Positions 41,228 through 51,826 of a stretch of 64,000 nt of DNA are shown in pieces. The translations under genes and the position numbers were made by a program. The first letter of the stretch is position 1. Every line of letters begins with the position of its first letter. The notes beneath the pieces were generated by a model. The model saw only the letters and a list, made by a program, of their open reading frames with translations. It had not been told where the DNA came from and searched no databases. Source of the stretch: Spirochaetia bacterium (GTDB taxonomy: Bacteria; Spirochaetota; Spirochaetia; SZUA-6; Bin103); assembly GCA_965203905.1 (NCBI GenBank), contig CBDBDQ010000005.1, positions 7,721,192-7,785,191 on the forward strand, in the 5' to 3' direction.

Positions 41228-41327
41228 CGAGTCGGTGTACCCCACCGGGCACCTCAGGACGCCGGTAGCGCCGCGATTCACGTTGAACCTCGACAGACCG
41301 GAGGCGGATCGCTACGCTCGGGGCCTG

Positions 41328-42164
41328 ATGTTGACGGCGGAACAGGTCGAGGCGTACCGGGAGGAGGGTTACCTTCGGGTCTCCAATATCTTCACCGAAG
41401 AGGAGTTGCGCGAGCTCAGCGACGACATGGACCGGATCGTCGACGAGTGGTGGGGAGAGGAGAGCATCGGCTGGAAGGGGCCGTGGCGCGACCACTACCT
41501 GGCGCAGGGCGAGCAGGAGCAGACCCGCGCCGTGTTCATCGGCAACCCGCACTTCTACTCGGCGGCGTGGGGGCGGGTGATCTTCCACCGGCGGCTGACC
41601 GACTGCGTGCGCGCCCTGGTTGGATGCAACGTGCAGTGGCACGGCACCATCCTGCACGCCAAGCCGCCGGAGCGCGGCACGCCGTTCCCGATGCACCAGG
41701 ACTACCCGTTCTACCCGCACGACGGGCCCGACTTCGTGGACTGCCTGCTGCACCTCGACGACGCCCCGCAGGCCAGCGGCTGCCTGCAGGTGGTGCCGGG
41801 CAGCCATAAGCAGGGGCCGCTGGAGCACGTTACCGGCGCCCACACGCGGCCCTACCTGCCGCCGGAGGAGTATCACCCGAGCAGGACACCGTCGGTGCCG
41901 GTAGCGGCCAAGGCCGGAGACGTGATCTTCTTCAGCTACCTGGCCATCCACTGGTCGGACATGAACCGCACCGACAAGTGGCGGCGGTCGGTGCGCATTG
42001 GTTACCACGAGGCTTCGATGCGCCCGGTGTTCGTGAAGCCCGACGAACCCTACAACAACTTCATGGTGGCGGGATTGAAGCCGCGCGGCGAACAGGCGCA
42101 GATCACCTACAAGGTAACCGGGCTCGGCCAGGAGCAGCACCTGAAGCCGGCGCGCGCCACCTGA
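41328..42164 (+). CDS. Phytanoyl-CoA dioxygenase (PhyH) family protein
   Basis: MLTAEQVEAYREEGY, MHQD, GCLQVVPGSH, IHWS..N. Confidence 0.88.
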   Translation: MLTAEQVEAYREEGYLRVSNIFTEEELRELSDDMDRIVDEWWGEESIGWKGPWRDHYLAQGEQEQTRAVFIGNPHFYSAAWGRVIFHRRLTDCVRALVGCNVQWHGTILHAKPPERGTPFPMHQDYPFYPHDGPDFVDCLLHLDDAPQASGCLQVVPGSHKQGPLEHVTGAHTRPYLPPEEYHPSRTPSVPVAAKAGDVIFFSYLAIHWSDMNRTDKWRRSVRIGYHEASMRPVFVKPDEPYNNFMVAGLKPRGEQAQITYKVTGLGQEQHLKPARAT

Positions 42165-42185
42165 CCCTCAGCGCGTTCCGCCCCG

Positions 42186-43157
42186 TCAGCGCACGGTCAG
42201 CACCACCTTGCCGATGTTGTCGTAACGCTCCACCAGGTCGTGCGCCTGCTGCGCCTGCTGCACCGGCATGACCGTGTGGATGACCGGCAGAATCTCGCGC
42301 GCCGCCACCGCGGCTCCGAAGTCGCGCTGGAAGCCGGCGCTGATGGCGGCCTTCTCGGCGGCGGAGCGGGCGCGCAGCACGGAGCCGATCAGCCGCTGGC
42401 GCTTGCGCATCAGGTCGCCGATGCGGAACTCGGCCACGTTGCCGCCGAGGGTGGCTATGAACACCAGCCGGCCGCGCTCTCGCAGCAGGCCCAGGTTGCG
42501 GGACAGGTAGCTGGCGCCGACGCAGTCCAGGATCACGTCCACCCCGCCGGCGGCCGCGGCGATCGCCTCCTCCCAGTGCCCGGCGGTGTGGTTGACCGCC
42601 ACCTCGGCGCCCAGTTCCCGGCACGCCGCCAGCTTGGCCTCCGATCGCGCGGTCACGCACACCTTGGCGCCGGCGTGGCGGGCGAGCTGGATGGCCGCCG
42701 TGCCGACGCCGCTGGCGCCGCCGTGGATCAGCACCGTCTCGCCCGCGGTCAGATCCGCTTCCATGAACATGTTGACGTAGGCGGTGAGGAACACCTCCGG
42801 CAGGCCGCCGCCCTCGGTGAAGCTCAGCGCCTCGGGCAGCGGCATCAGGTAGCTCGCGTCGGTCGCCACCGCCTCCGCGTAGCCGCCGCCGCCGAGGATC
42901 GAGTACACCCGGTCGCCGACCGCGAATCCCTCCACCTCGGCGCCGGCCGCGGCCACCTCGCCCGCCATCTCCAAACCCAGGTAGGGCGGCGCGCCCGGCG
43001 GCGGGTCATAGCCGCCGCGCCGCTGTGCCAAATCCGCTCGGTTCACCGCCGTGGCGTGGATCCGAACCAGCACCTCGTGCGGCTTCGGGTCCGGATCCTC
43101 CACCTCCCGCCACTGCAACGGCGCCTCTGCACCGTTCCCGACTACAATCGCATGCAC
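42186..43157 (-). CDS. NAD(P)H-quinone oxidoreductase (PIG3-like MDR)
   Basis: VNRADLAQRRG, GLEMAG, LIHGGASGVGT, IGKVVL. Confidence 0.9.
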   Translation of the reverse strand: MHAIVVGNGAEAPLQWREVEDPDPKPHEVLVRIHATAVNRADLAQRRGGYDPPPGAPPYLGLEMAGEVAAAGAEVEGFAVGDRVYSILGGGGYAEAVATDASYLMPLPEALSFTEGGGLPEVFLTAYVNMFMEADLTAGETVLIHGGASGVGTAAIQLARHAGAKVCVTARSEAKLAACRELGAEVAVNHTAGHWEEAIAAAAGGVDVILDCVGASYLSRNLGLLRERGRLVFIATLGGNVAEFRIGDLMRKRQRLIGSVLRARSAAEKAAISAGFQRDFGAAVAAREILPVIHTVMPVQQAQQAHDLVERYDNIGKVVLTVR

Positions 43158-43210
43158 CGGCCCAGCATAGCGATGCACGGGACGGCCTTCCAGACGCTAT
43201 ACTACTTACC

Positions 43211-44293
43211 GTGACACGGCACGGTGCCCATGCGACACCGGAGGCGGACAACAGGCCCGCTCCCAGCCGGCCGATTGCGCGGCCGCGGCGCAGCAGCGGG
43301 CGCCGCATGGTCCGCAACCTCGCCGTCCTGTTCGCGGTCGGTGTCACCGCGGCCGCCGGATTGCTGTTGGCAAGCGCGCGTGCGCCGGCCCTCGCCCGCA
43401 CCGGCCTCACGCGCCCGCAGCCGGAACCGGCCTTGCCACCGGCGCGCAAGGCGACGGTTGCGGTGCCCGGCGCCGGGGCGCCGTGGCGCGTCGGGCTCCA
43501 GATCGGCCATCTCGACTCCGCGCAGTTGCCGGATGAGCTGCGCCGGTTGCGCGGGTCCACCGGCGCGTACGCGGCCGGCATCAAGGAGGTGGATGTCAAT
43601 CGCGCCGTGGCCGCGGCCGCGGCCCTGCTCTTGAAGGAAGCAGGAGTCGACGTGACGGTGCTGCCGGCCACCATCCCGCCCGGGTTTGCCGCCGATGCGT
43701 TCGTGTCGATCCATGCCGACGGCAACCGCAATTCCGGGGTGCGCGGCTACAAGATCTCACCCCCGTGGCGGGCATCGCCGGCGTCGCGGAAGCTGGTCGC
43801 CGCCCTGCTCCAGCATTACGATGAGGCGACCGGCCTGCCGCGAGACCTGAACGGCGTCACCTACCGAATGCGCGGCTACTACGCGTTCAACAGCTACCGC
43901 TACCGTCATGCAATTGCCTTGGACACCCCGGCGGCAATCCTGGAAATGGGCTATCTCAGCAACGGGACGGACCGCGAGTACCTCCTCGCCCACCCCGACG
44001 AGGCGGCCGCCGGGCTGGTGGCGGGCATCCTCGCCTTCCTCGACCAGCGCGACCCGTTCGACCGCTGGGACACGATGCCGGTCGAGGCGATGATCCTGCG
44101 TGCACCGCGCACCGGGATCGCGCTGCACGCCGGGCCTGATCGCAGTTCTACCGTGCGCCTGCACTTGCACCAGGGGGACACGCTCTTTGCACGCGGCGGA
44201 GTCGGCCACTGGTACGACGTGCGCGTACAGGGCAGTTACCGCCACTTCGGCTGGGTGCACGCCGACGACCTCGGCATGCCGCCGCCCGAGTGA
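43211..44293 (+). CDS. N-acetylmuramoyl-L-alanine amidase with N-terminal membrane segment and C-terminal SH3-like domain
   Basis: GLQIGH, E...N, FVSIHAD, ILEMGY zinc-amidase motifs; HWYDV...GWV; start uncertain (43211 or 43307). Confidence 0.8.
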   Translation: MTRHGAHATPEADNRPAPSRPIARPRRSSGRRMVRNLAVLFAVGVTAAAGLLLASARAPALARTGLTRPQPEPALPPARKATVAVPGAGAPWRVGLQIGHLDSAQLPDELRRLRGSTGAYAAGIKEVDVNRAVAAAAALLLKEAGVDVTVLPATIPPGFAADAFVSIHADGNRNSGVRGYKISPPWRASPASRKLVAALLQHYDEATGLPRDLNGVTYRMRGYYAFNSYRYRHAIALDTPAAILEMGYLSNGTDREYLLAHPDEAAAGLVAGILAFLDQRDPFDRWDTMPVEAMILRAPRTGIALHAGPDRSSTVRLHLHQGDTLFARGGVGHWYDVRVQGSYRHFGWVHADDLGMPPPE

Positions 44294-45162
44294 ACGTTCC
44301 GCGGAGCCCGGATTCCCTCGAACGGTGGCTGCGCGCGTCCGAGGTGTCGGCCGCGGCGTCCGCCGGTCAGCCGATCACTCCCGGGACCGAGAAGCTGGTG
44401 GTCTGGTACGGCGGCGCACCCGGCCGGACCGACCTGGCAATGGTCTACGTTCATGGCTACACCGGCAGCCGGCAAGCCACCGCACCGGTGCCAGAACAGG
44501 TCGCCGGGCGGCTGTCCGCCAACCTGTTCTGTACCCGGCTGACCGGTAGCGGCCAGGGCCAGGACGCGATCGGCGATGCCACCCTGGCGTGCTGGCGGCA
44601 GGACGTAATCGAGGCGCTGCAGGTGGGGGCGGCAATCGGGCGACGGGTGGTGCTGATCGGCATGTCCACCGGCGCCGCGCTGGCCGTCGCCGAGGTAGCC
44701 CGCCGCCCGTCGGTCGCGGCGCTGGTACTGCTGGCGCCCAACTTCTGGCCGCGCAACCGCGGCGTGAGCCTGCTGCTGACGCCGGCCGGGCCGCTGCTCG
44801 CCCGCCTGCTGGTGGGCCGCTACCGCGACCTGTCGGGGCGCGACGAAATGGAAGACCGTTATTGGACCACCCGCCACCACTCGCGATCGCTGGTACCGAT
44901 GATGCAGGCGGTACGCGACGCCCGGCGCGCCGAGATGGAGGCGATCCGCTGCCCCACGCTGGTGGTGTACACCGAACGGGATGAGGTGGTATCGGTGCCC
45001 GCGACGAAGGCCGCCTACGCGCGCATCGGAAGCCCGCACAAGCAATTGCTCGACCTGCGCGGCGCCGACCGCCACGAGCTGGCCGGCACCATCCAGGCGC
45101 CCGTCATGGTGCCGGCGCTGACCGCGGCGATCACCCGCTTTCTGAGCCGATACCTGCGCTGA
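44290..45162 (+). CDS. Alpha/beta hydrolase (esterase/lysophospholipase-like)
   Basis: YVHGY, GMSTG nucleophile elbow, D.VV, H. Confidence 0.85.
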   Translation: MNVPRSPDSLERWLRASEVSAAASAGQPITPGTEKLVVWYGGAPGRTDLAMVYVHGYTGSRQATAPVPEQVAGRLSANLFCTRLTGSGQGQDAIGDATLACWRQDVIEALQVGAAIGRRVVLIGMSTGAALAVAEVARRPSVAALVLLAPNFWPRNRGVSLLLTPAGPLLARLLVGRYRDLSGRDEMEDRYWTTRHHSRSLVPMMQAVRDARRAEMEAIRCPTLVVYTERDEVVSVPATKAAYARIGSPHKQLLDLRGADRHELAGTIQAPVMVPALTAAITRFLSRYLR

Positions 45163-46393
45163 CCGCGGCGCGGCGCCGGCGTGAGTTGCGTCCGGGCAGG
45201 AATCGGAACGCGATGCCGGCGGCTACCAGCGGCAGCCAACCGAGCGCGCTCAGCATGACGGTGACGCCGGCCACGTCGGCTATCCAGCCGAGCAGCGGCA
45301 GGGTGAGACTCGCCAGTCCCCAGCTCATCCCCAGCGGCAGGCTGGAGGCCAGCGCACGCTGACCGGGCGCCGCCTGCTGGGCGAGCGCCACCATCACCGA
45401 CGTGCTGGAGCCGAGCAGGCCGCCGCCGACCGCCAGCAGCAGCAACGACGCGGGCCCCGGCACCAGCGCGTAGGCACACAGGAACGGCGCCGCCGCCGCC
45501 AGCGAGCCCCACACCAGCGGCTTCGGATCGGCGCGGTCGGCGATCCGTCCCACCCCCAGGCTGGCCAGCACCCCGGCCAGGCTGTACACCGACAGCGCGA
45601 TGCCGCCGGCCACCAGGCTCATGCCGCGATCGCGGTTCAGAATGGCGATGAACAGGTTGAACCCGAGGAAGGTGACGTTGCGCAGCACCACCACGGAGAG
45701 AATGGCGGCCAGCGGCCGCATGCTGGCGGCAAGCTGGGCAGCCACGGCACGCCAGCGTTGGTCCTGTGCCGGATCCGCTGCGAGCGGCACCCAGCGCCAG
45801 ATGGCGAGCGCCGCCGCCACGCCGGGCAGCGCGGCCAGCGGCAGTATGCGCGTTCCGAATGCATTCACCGTGAACGTGAGCCAGGTCGGCGTGATCGCCA
45901 GGCCGACGGTGCCGGCGAACACGAACAGGGCAATTCCGAACGCCCGCCGCACGCCGCTCAGGTCGGCGGCGATCACGAACGACTGCGGATGGAATGCCGA
46001 AACGCCGAGACCGCCGGCGGCGATCACGGCAATGGTCAGTGCGAAACTCCCGGTCACGCCCATCAGCGGCATGCACAAGGCCGCCAACAGTACGCCCGCC
46101 GGCACCAGGTTGCGCCGCCGCAGGCGGTCACCGAGGAGACCGAACAGCGGCTGCGACAGATTGCTGAACGCCATCACCGCGCCGATGGTGGCGGTGGCGG
46201 CCAGGCTGAGTCCGAGCCGCTCCTGCAGCAGGGGAACCATCGGCGGCAGCATGCCGGCGTAGGAGTCGACACAGAAATGGCCGGCCGACAGCGGCAGCAG
46301 CGGACGGCGCTGCAGGGCCGTCTTCGCGGCCTCCGCTGCAGCCTCATGACCCGGCGCGGCAGACGGCCGCGTGGCGGCCGCGTCGACGGTCAT
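45131..46393 (-). CDS. MFS transporter (Fsr-like)
   Basis: GHFCVD, QPLFGLLGDR, FHP, 12-TM pattern; ATGA overlap with upstream gene. Confidence 0.88.
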   Translation of the reverse strand: MTVDAAATRPSAAPGHEAAAEAAKTALQRRPLLPLSAGHFCVDSYAGMLPPMVPLLQERLGLSLAATATIGAVMAFSNLSQPLFGLLGDRLRRRNLVPAGVLLAALCMPLMGVTGSFALTIAVIAAGGLGVSAFHPQSFVIAADLSGVRRAFGIALFVFAGTVGLAITPTWLTFTVNAFGTRILPLAALPGVAAALAIWRWVPLAADPAQDQRWRAVAAQLAASMRPLAAILSVVVLRNVTFLGFNLFIAILNRDRGMSLVAGGIALSVYSLAGVLASLGVGRIADRADPKPLVWGSLAAAAPFLCAYALVPGPASLLLLAVGGGLLGSSTSVMVALAQQAAPGQRALASSLPLGMSWGLASLTLPLLGWIADVAGVTVMLSALGWLPLVAAGIAFRFLPGRNSRRRRAAVSAGIGSESG

Positions 46394-47640
46394 CGCTCGG
46401 CCTCCAGTTGCGGCGGCACGCGCCCGGAGGTCAGCACCGCCTCGATCTGGCGCTCGGCGCGCCAGCGCGACGACGCCGCCACCAGCTCCAGCAGGCGGCG
46501 CAGTTCGGCGCGGTCCTCCAGCCGGGCCAGCGCCGGCACCGACTGCTTCAGAATCCGAAATCCGCGCCGGGCGTTGAGACGCAGGCTCGGCGTCCGGCTG
46601 CTGCCGTAGATGCCGCTCTCCAGCGAGCGCAGGTACTGGTAGGAGGCGTCCAGCTCGGGACAGATGCCGCGGCCCGCGGCGCGACGAGTGATCTCGGCGG
46701 TGATCAGTTCCTGCATGCGGTCCAGGTTGGTGCCGCCGCGAAAGGTGACCCGCAGCGGCACGCTCACCAGCGCCTCGCCGTCCGCCGTGAAGCCGCTGAA
46801 CCACTCGGTGTAGAACCCCTTCTCCAGCACGATCGGCGTGGAGCGCGGGATGAAGCGCATGCGCCGCAACTCCTCGAGTTGATGCTCGATGCGGGCAATC
46901 TCCTCCTGCAGCCGGGGATCGCCGGGATTGGCCGACAACTGATGGCGCAACGGCGGCAGGATCTCCTGTTCGAACAGCAGGATTGCCTGCGACAGGGGCA
47001 GCCGGATGCGGTCGGACGCGAGTAGCTCCTGGTCCGCCTCGTGCTCGATGCCGTAGGGAGGGTCGGGCTCACCCTCCGGCGCGACGGTGGCGAACATGGA
47101 ACGCAGGAACCGGCGCAGCGGCGGCGGCAGGCGCTCGGAGTGGAACAGGGGCGCGTAGGTGTCGTCGCGGGCGGCGTACTTGCGCAGCGCGGCCGTGACG
47201 ATGCGCGCGAGCGCGCGCGAGGTCGCAATCGAGGCCTCCTCCGGCTCCAGCAGCGCACCGCCGCCGCGCAGCACCAACTGCTGGAACAGATCGCGGGCGC
47301 GCCGATAGCCGGGGTCGCTGCCGATCAGTTCGCGCTGGTCGGAGGAGATGCCGGTCGATTGCAGTTCCTCCAGGAGCGCCAGTCCGCTGACCGCGCACTG
47401 CCGCGCCCGGCGGTACAGCCGCGGCGCCGGCTCGCCGCTGGCGCGCACGCCGTCGAGAATGTGCAGTGCCAGGGAGAAACGGGTCGCGCACAGCCCGAAC
47501 ACATGGTCCAGGTTCTTCAGGCCGGCGAAGCGCATCTCGTCATCGGCAACGCAGGCGGCCAACCGTGCCTCTTCCCGCTCCAGCCGGCGTACCGTCGCCT
47601 TCCACGACGCTTCCGGGCTGCGCGGCACCGACTCGTTCAC
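46390..47640 (-). CDS. Hypothetical protein
   Basis: Long ORF with host-like codon usage coupled to the MFS gene; no motif recognised. Confidence 0.7.
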   Translation of the reverse strand: MNESVPRSPEASWKATVRRLEREEARLAACVADDEMRFAGLKNLDHVFGLCATRFSLALHILDGVRASGEPAPRLYRRARQCAVSGLALLEELQSTGISSDQRELIGSDPGYRRARDLFQQLVLRGGGALLEPEEASIATSRALARIVTAALRKYAARDDTYAPLFHSERLPPPLRRFLRSMFATVAPEGEPDPPYGIEHEADQELLASDRIRLPLSQAILLFEQEILPPLRHQLSANPGDPRLQEEIARIEHQLEELRRMRFIPRSTPIVLEKGFYTEWFSGFTADGEALVSVPLRVTFRGGTNLDRMQELITAEITRRAAGRGICPELDASYQYLRSLESGIYGSSRTPSLRLNARRGFRILKQSVPALARLEDRAELRRLLELVAASSRWRAERQIEAVLTSGRVPPQLEAER

Positions 47641-47774
47641 GCCGCTACCGTGCCGCCCACCGCCGCAGCCGTCAACCGATGTCCCCGGCGCTGCTGATCG
47701 GTGAAGAAGACAATGACAATGAAGACAATAACGCTGGGTCGTTCGGTGGCGGCCATGGTATAATGATGGGCGCA

Positions 47775-48011
47775 ATGGCGGTTCGCATCTACTCTACCCC
47801 CACCTGCACGTTCTGCGATCAACTCAAGGGTTACCTGCGCCAGCGGCAGGTGAGATTCGTCGACTACGACGTGTCGCGCGACGAGCGCAAGGCCGGCGAG
47901 ATGCTGCACAAGTCGCGCCAGACGGCGGTGCCGGTGCTCGACTTCCACGGCACCATCGTGGTCGGCTTCGACAAGCCCAAGGTCGACCGGCTCATCGCCC
48001 GCTACCAGTGA
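47775..48011 (+). CDS. Glutaredoxin-like (NrdH/YruB-type) protein
   Basis: IYSTPTCTFC, VPV, VGFD. Confidence 0.88.
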   Translation: MAVRIYSTPTCTFCDQLKGYLRQRQVRFVDYDVSRDERKAGEMLHKSRQTAVPVLDFHGTIVVGFDKPKVDRLIARYQ

Positions 48012-48156
48012 GCTGACGGCTGAACCGACAGCGCGCAGGCCGAAGCGCCGGCGGCAGCGGACGAAGCCACCATGCCTTGCCGAGACGGCGCGGGCGAGCG
48101 GCGGCTGACGTAGTGGACACTGGACGCAAGCTGCACGTTGCGATGCACTCTACCGT

Positions 48157-49272
48157 ATGCCCGACTCTGTGCAGTTGATCGTCGACTGCCACCTGGACCT
48201 CGCCTGGAACGCCCTTGGCTACAAGCGCGACCTGACCCTGCCGCTGGCGGAACTGAACCGCACCGAACGCGGGGTCGGCGATCACGCCGGCCGCGGTCTG
48301 GCCACCACCACCCTGCCGGAGATGCGCGCCGGCGGCGTGGGCCTGTGCCTGGCCACGCTGATCGCGCGCACGCCGGTGGGGGAGACCGCCATCCACGGCA
48401 ACCTGCTCGACTATCCCACGCCGGCCGCGGCCGCGGCGGCCGCCTCCGGTCAACTCGCCTGGTACCGCACATTGGCGGAGGCCGGCGAGGTGGCCCTGCT
48501 GGCCGCCACGGGTGACGTGAGCGCCCACGCCCGCCGATGGCGTGCCGGCGACGGACACCGGGTGGGCATCGTATTGGCAATGGAGGGCTGCGACCCGATC
48601 ATCTCGCCGGAGCACGTGCAGCGCTGGTACGACGCCGGCCTGCGCGTGGCCAGCCTGGTGCATTACGGGCTGGGCCGCTACGCCGGCGGCACCGGCACCG
48701 ACGGCGGGGTGACCCCGGCGGGACGGGCGCTGCTGGCCGCGTTCGAGCAGGCCGGGCTGATCCTGGACGTCACCCACCTGTCCGACCGCGCGTTTTACCA
48801 GGCCCTCGACCGCTACGCGGGGCCGCTGCTGGCCAGCCACCAGAACTGCCGCGCGCTGGTGCCGGGCGGACGCCAGTTCAGCGACGACCAGGTGCGACTG
48901 GTGCTCGACCGCGGCGGCATCGTCGCCGTGGCATGCGATGCCTGGATGCTCCATCCCGGCTGGGTGCGTGGCGAAACCGGTGCCGACCTGGTGCCGATGA
49001 CCGCGCTGGCCGACCACGTCGACCACATCTGCCAGCTCGCCGGCAACGCGCGCCAGGTAGCGGTCGGCAGCGACCTCGACGGCGGCTTCGGCTCCGACCA
49101 GACCCCGAACGAACTCACCTCCATCGCCGACCTGCAGCGCCTCGCACCAATCCTGGCCGAGCGCGGCTACACCGCCGAGCAGACCACCGCCGTGCTGGCC
49201 GACAATGCCCTCCGCTTCCTCACCACCCACCTCCCTGCCGGCAACCTGACGGCGCCGACGGCCCTGGTCTGA
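48157..49272 (+). CDS. Membrane dipeptidase (peptidase M19) family
   Basis: VDCHLD, MEG, DVTH, ASHQN, GSDLDGG. Confidence 0.88.
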   Translation: MPDSVQLIVDCHLDLAWNALGYKRDLTLPLAELNRTERGVGDHAGRGLATTTLPEMRAGGVGLCLATLIARTPVGETAIHGNLLDYPTPAAAAAAASGQLAWYRTLAEAGEVALLAATGDVSAHARRWRAGDGHRVGIVLAMEGCDPIISPEHVQRWYDAGLRVASLVHYGLGRYAGGTGTDGGVTPAGRALLAAFEQAGLILDVTHLSDRAFYQALDRYAGPLLASHQNCRALVPGGRQFSDDQVRLVLDRGGIVAVACDAWMLHPGWVRGETGADLVPMTALADHVDHICQLAGNARQVAVGSDLDGGFGSDQTPNELTSIADLQRLAPILAERGYTAEQTTAVLADNALRFLTTHLPAGNLTAPTALV

Positions 49273-49312
49273 CCCTTCTCGCGCGCCTGCAGGAGCGCCG
49301 GCAGCGCGCGTC

Positions 49313-50543
49313 TCAATACCTGCCCGCGGCCGCGGTGGCGGCGCGCATGGTGGCGTAGGTTTCCTCGTCCCAGGCGGTCAGACGGCGCAGCCGTACCGGA
49401 ACGTCGGAGGGCAGCACTTGGCGTCCGCGGCACACGACCAGTTCCGGCTTGATGCGGCGGTGCCCGGTGCGCTCCTGCAGGTGCGAGTCGCGGAACCGGA
49501 ACTCGCCCTCCTCTACCGAGAACACCAGCACGTCGGCGCTGGCGCCGGGCAGCAGGGTGCCCAGCTCGGGAGCGCGGCCGATGGCGCGCGCCGGCGCCAG
49601 GGTCGCCTTCTCCACCACCTCGGCAAGGCTCATGCCGAGCAGCAGGAACTTGGACATGGTGGTGGGCAGGTCGAACACCACCTGCTCGACGTTGTAGCGG
49701 TGCAGGTCGGTGCTGATGGTGTCCGGGTAGAACGTGTGCTCGAACGCCTTCAGCGCGGTGTCCCAGCGAAAGCTGCCGGAACCGTGGCCGACATCGAACA
49801 CCACGCCCCGGTCGCGCGCCGCCCGCGCCTCCGGCCGCAGGGCGCCGCTGGCGGCATCGAGGATGCCGTCGCCGCGCCCGGTGAAGCAGTGAGTGACGAT
49901 GTCGCCTGACCGCAGGCGGGACAGCACCTCGCGGGTGGCGCCCTGCACGCTGATGTGCACCATCGCCCGCGTGCCGGCCTCCTTGGCGGCTTGCAGAGCC
50001 AGCTCCACGGCCTCGACGTTGTGGCCCAGGGCCATGGTGCCGGCGCGGAACTTTACGCCCAGGGCGATGTCGCGGTGCTCCAGGATCGCCGCCGCGGTCT
50101 CACGCGGGCGCGCGTAGCGCAGGTCGCGAAGCTCGCCGAGCGTGGAGGTGGGAATGCCCAGGCAGCCGATGTGGACGAACGGCAGGATACGCACTTCGGC
50201 GCCGTCGATGGCGGTGCGGCGGAACTCCGGGAAGTTGACGCAGCCGCAGGTGCCGGCATCGACCGCCGTGGTCACCCCGCCGCGCAGCGCCGCGCGCGGA
50301 TCGACACCGAACAGGCTGCCCTCGTAGTAGTGCCCATGCAGATCCACCAGCCCCGGGCACACGTACCTGTCCGTACAGTCCACCACCGTAGCAGGAGCGA
50401 CCTCCGGCGTGACGCCCGCCCCGAACGACGGCTGCGACACGATCGCCGGCAACCACCACGTCGGCGATCCCGTCCACCCGCCCGCCTGGATCGATGACAT
50501 GTCCGCCCCGCAGCATCAGGGTCGGCTCTCGTGCCGTTTCCAT
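49313..50543 (-). CDS. Amidohydrolase/deacetylase family metallohydrolase, frameshift near 50425
   Basis: LRGGHVIDP N-terminus in one frame; PGLVDLHGH, GVTTAVDAG, DVGHG, ISTDLH in next. Confidence 0.85.
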
Positions 50544-50674
50544 GGCTCCCGCAGGGTGCCCGGAGCGCCCACCACTACGCAAGGCCGGAGCCTTCGCCGG
50601 CCCGCGTCGGCGGTGCATGCCAAACGCAGCGGCCCTATTCCATCCGCCTGCGAAATCGGTCTGCGGATTGCCCC

Positions 50675-51700
50675 TCAGCGAGATTCGCCGCCACGCAGGT
50701 AGCGGCTTGCTCGGTATTCGTCGACCCACTGGCGGGTACTGCGCCAGTGGCCGTCGGATCCCCGCGTGGCACGGAGCCGCCCACGCGCCGCGGCCGCCCG
50801 AAGCGCCGGCCCGTTCAGATCGGGAGTCTCCAATGCGGCCAGAGGGACGAGTCGGGCGGGGCCGGCTACCGCAGGTATGACGAATCGGTGCAGGCTGGCA
50901 AGAATCGCGCGCGCGAGCATCTCGCCGAGCGGTCCCGGCTCCCCTTCGTCCGCGCGGTGCAGTGCACGGAGATACCGTGCCCGGTCGCGCTTGTAGATGA
51001 CCGCGGGCGGGTAACCGAGCCGGACGAGGATCAGATTGAGAACGAGTCGCCCGGTTCGGCCGTTGCCGTCCAGGAAGGGATGGATCTGCTCGAATCGGCA
51101 GTGGGTCCGGGCCAGAGTCTCGGGAAACGCCGGACGGGTCGCATCGAGGGAGTTGACGCTGCCCAACCAAGTATTCATCTCCGCGGAAATGAGCGGCCAT
51201 GAGACGGGAACCATGCCACGTGAGAAGGGATGGATGTCATGTTCTCTGAAGCTGCCGGGATTCTCCCGCGCGGTCGCATCGGGATGTGGAGCCACCTGCC
51301 ACACCGGCTGCATCGCCTGGTAGTGTACGTTGCGGACTTCGGCCAGGGTCAGGATTTCCTCGGGATGGGAGAGCCCGGTTCGACTGATCGCCTGCCGGTA
51401 CACCCAGTCCGCGGCATCGGCGTAGCCGCGCACCTCCAGGTACTCGCGCAGCTCCTTGTTGCCGACTGCGAGACCCTCGTCGAGAAGGCGCTCGACCTGT
51501 TTCAGGACCAGCGTGTTGCCTTCGATCGCCGTCGAGTGGTGGACTTCCTCGTACCATATGCCGCGCCAGATGCCATCAGCCTCCGCGGGGCTCGGCAGCC
51601 CCCCCATGCGTTCCCGCAGCTCCCGGATCTGCGTGTCGACCCTCCGGTACACGTCCTCACGCCGAGGTCGACCACGTCCGGGAGAAATGTGTTCGTTCAC
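50675..51700 (-). CDS. Fic-domain protein with C-terminal HTH-like tail
   Basis: HPFLDGNGRTGR catalytic motif; STAIEGN inhibitory motif. Confidence 0.92.
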   Translation of the reverse strand: MNEHISPGRGRPRREDVYRRVDTQIRELRERMGGLPSPAEADGIWRGIWYEEVHHSTAIEGNTLVLKQVERLLDEGLAVGNKELREYLEVRGYADAADWVYRQAISRTGLSHPEEILTLAEVRNVHYQAMQPVWQVAPHPDATARENPGSFREHDIHPFSRGMVPVSWPLISAEMNTWLGSVNSLDATRPAFPETLARTHCRFEQIHPFLDGNGRTGRLVLNLILVRLGYPPAVIYKRDRARYLRALHRADEGEPGPLGEMLARAILASLHRFVIPAVAGPARLVPLAALETPDLNGPALRAAAARGRLRATRGSDGHWRSTRQWVDEYRASRYLRGGESR

Positions 51701-51711
51701 CGCAAACCAAA

Positions 51712-51761
51712 GTTACCGAACAATTTTTGTGCTGTCTACGGGAGATTAATGTTACCGAACA
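51712..51761. promoter_or_regulatory. Direct repeat GTTACCGAACA x2 upstream of fic
   Basis: Identical 11-mers at 51712-51722 and 51751-51761 in AT-rich divergent intergenic region. Confidence 0.5.
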
Positions 51762-51826
51762 CTTCCGTCGCGCCAACCGCAGTTGCGGTTCTATTTGGCA
51801 CCGGATGTAGCTAACTTAGCAGCGAC

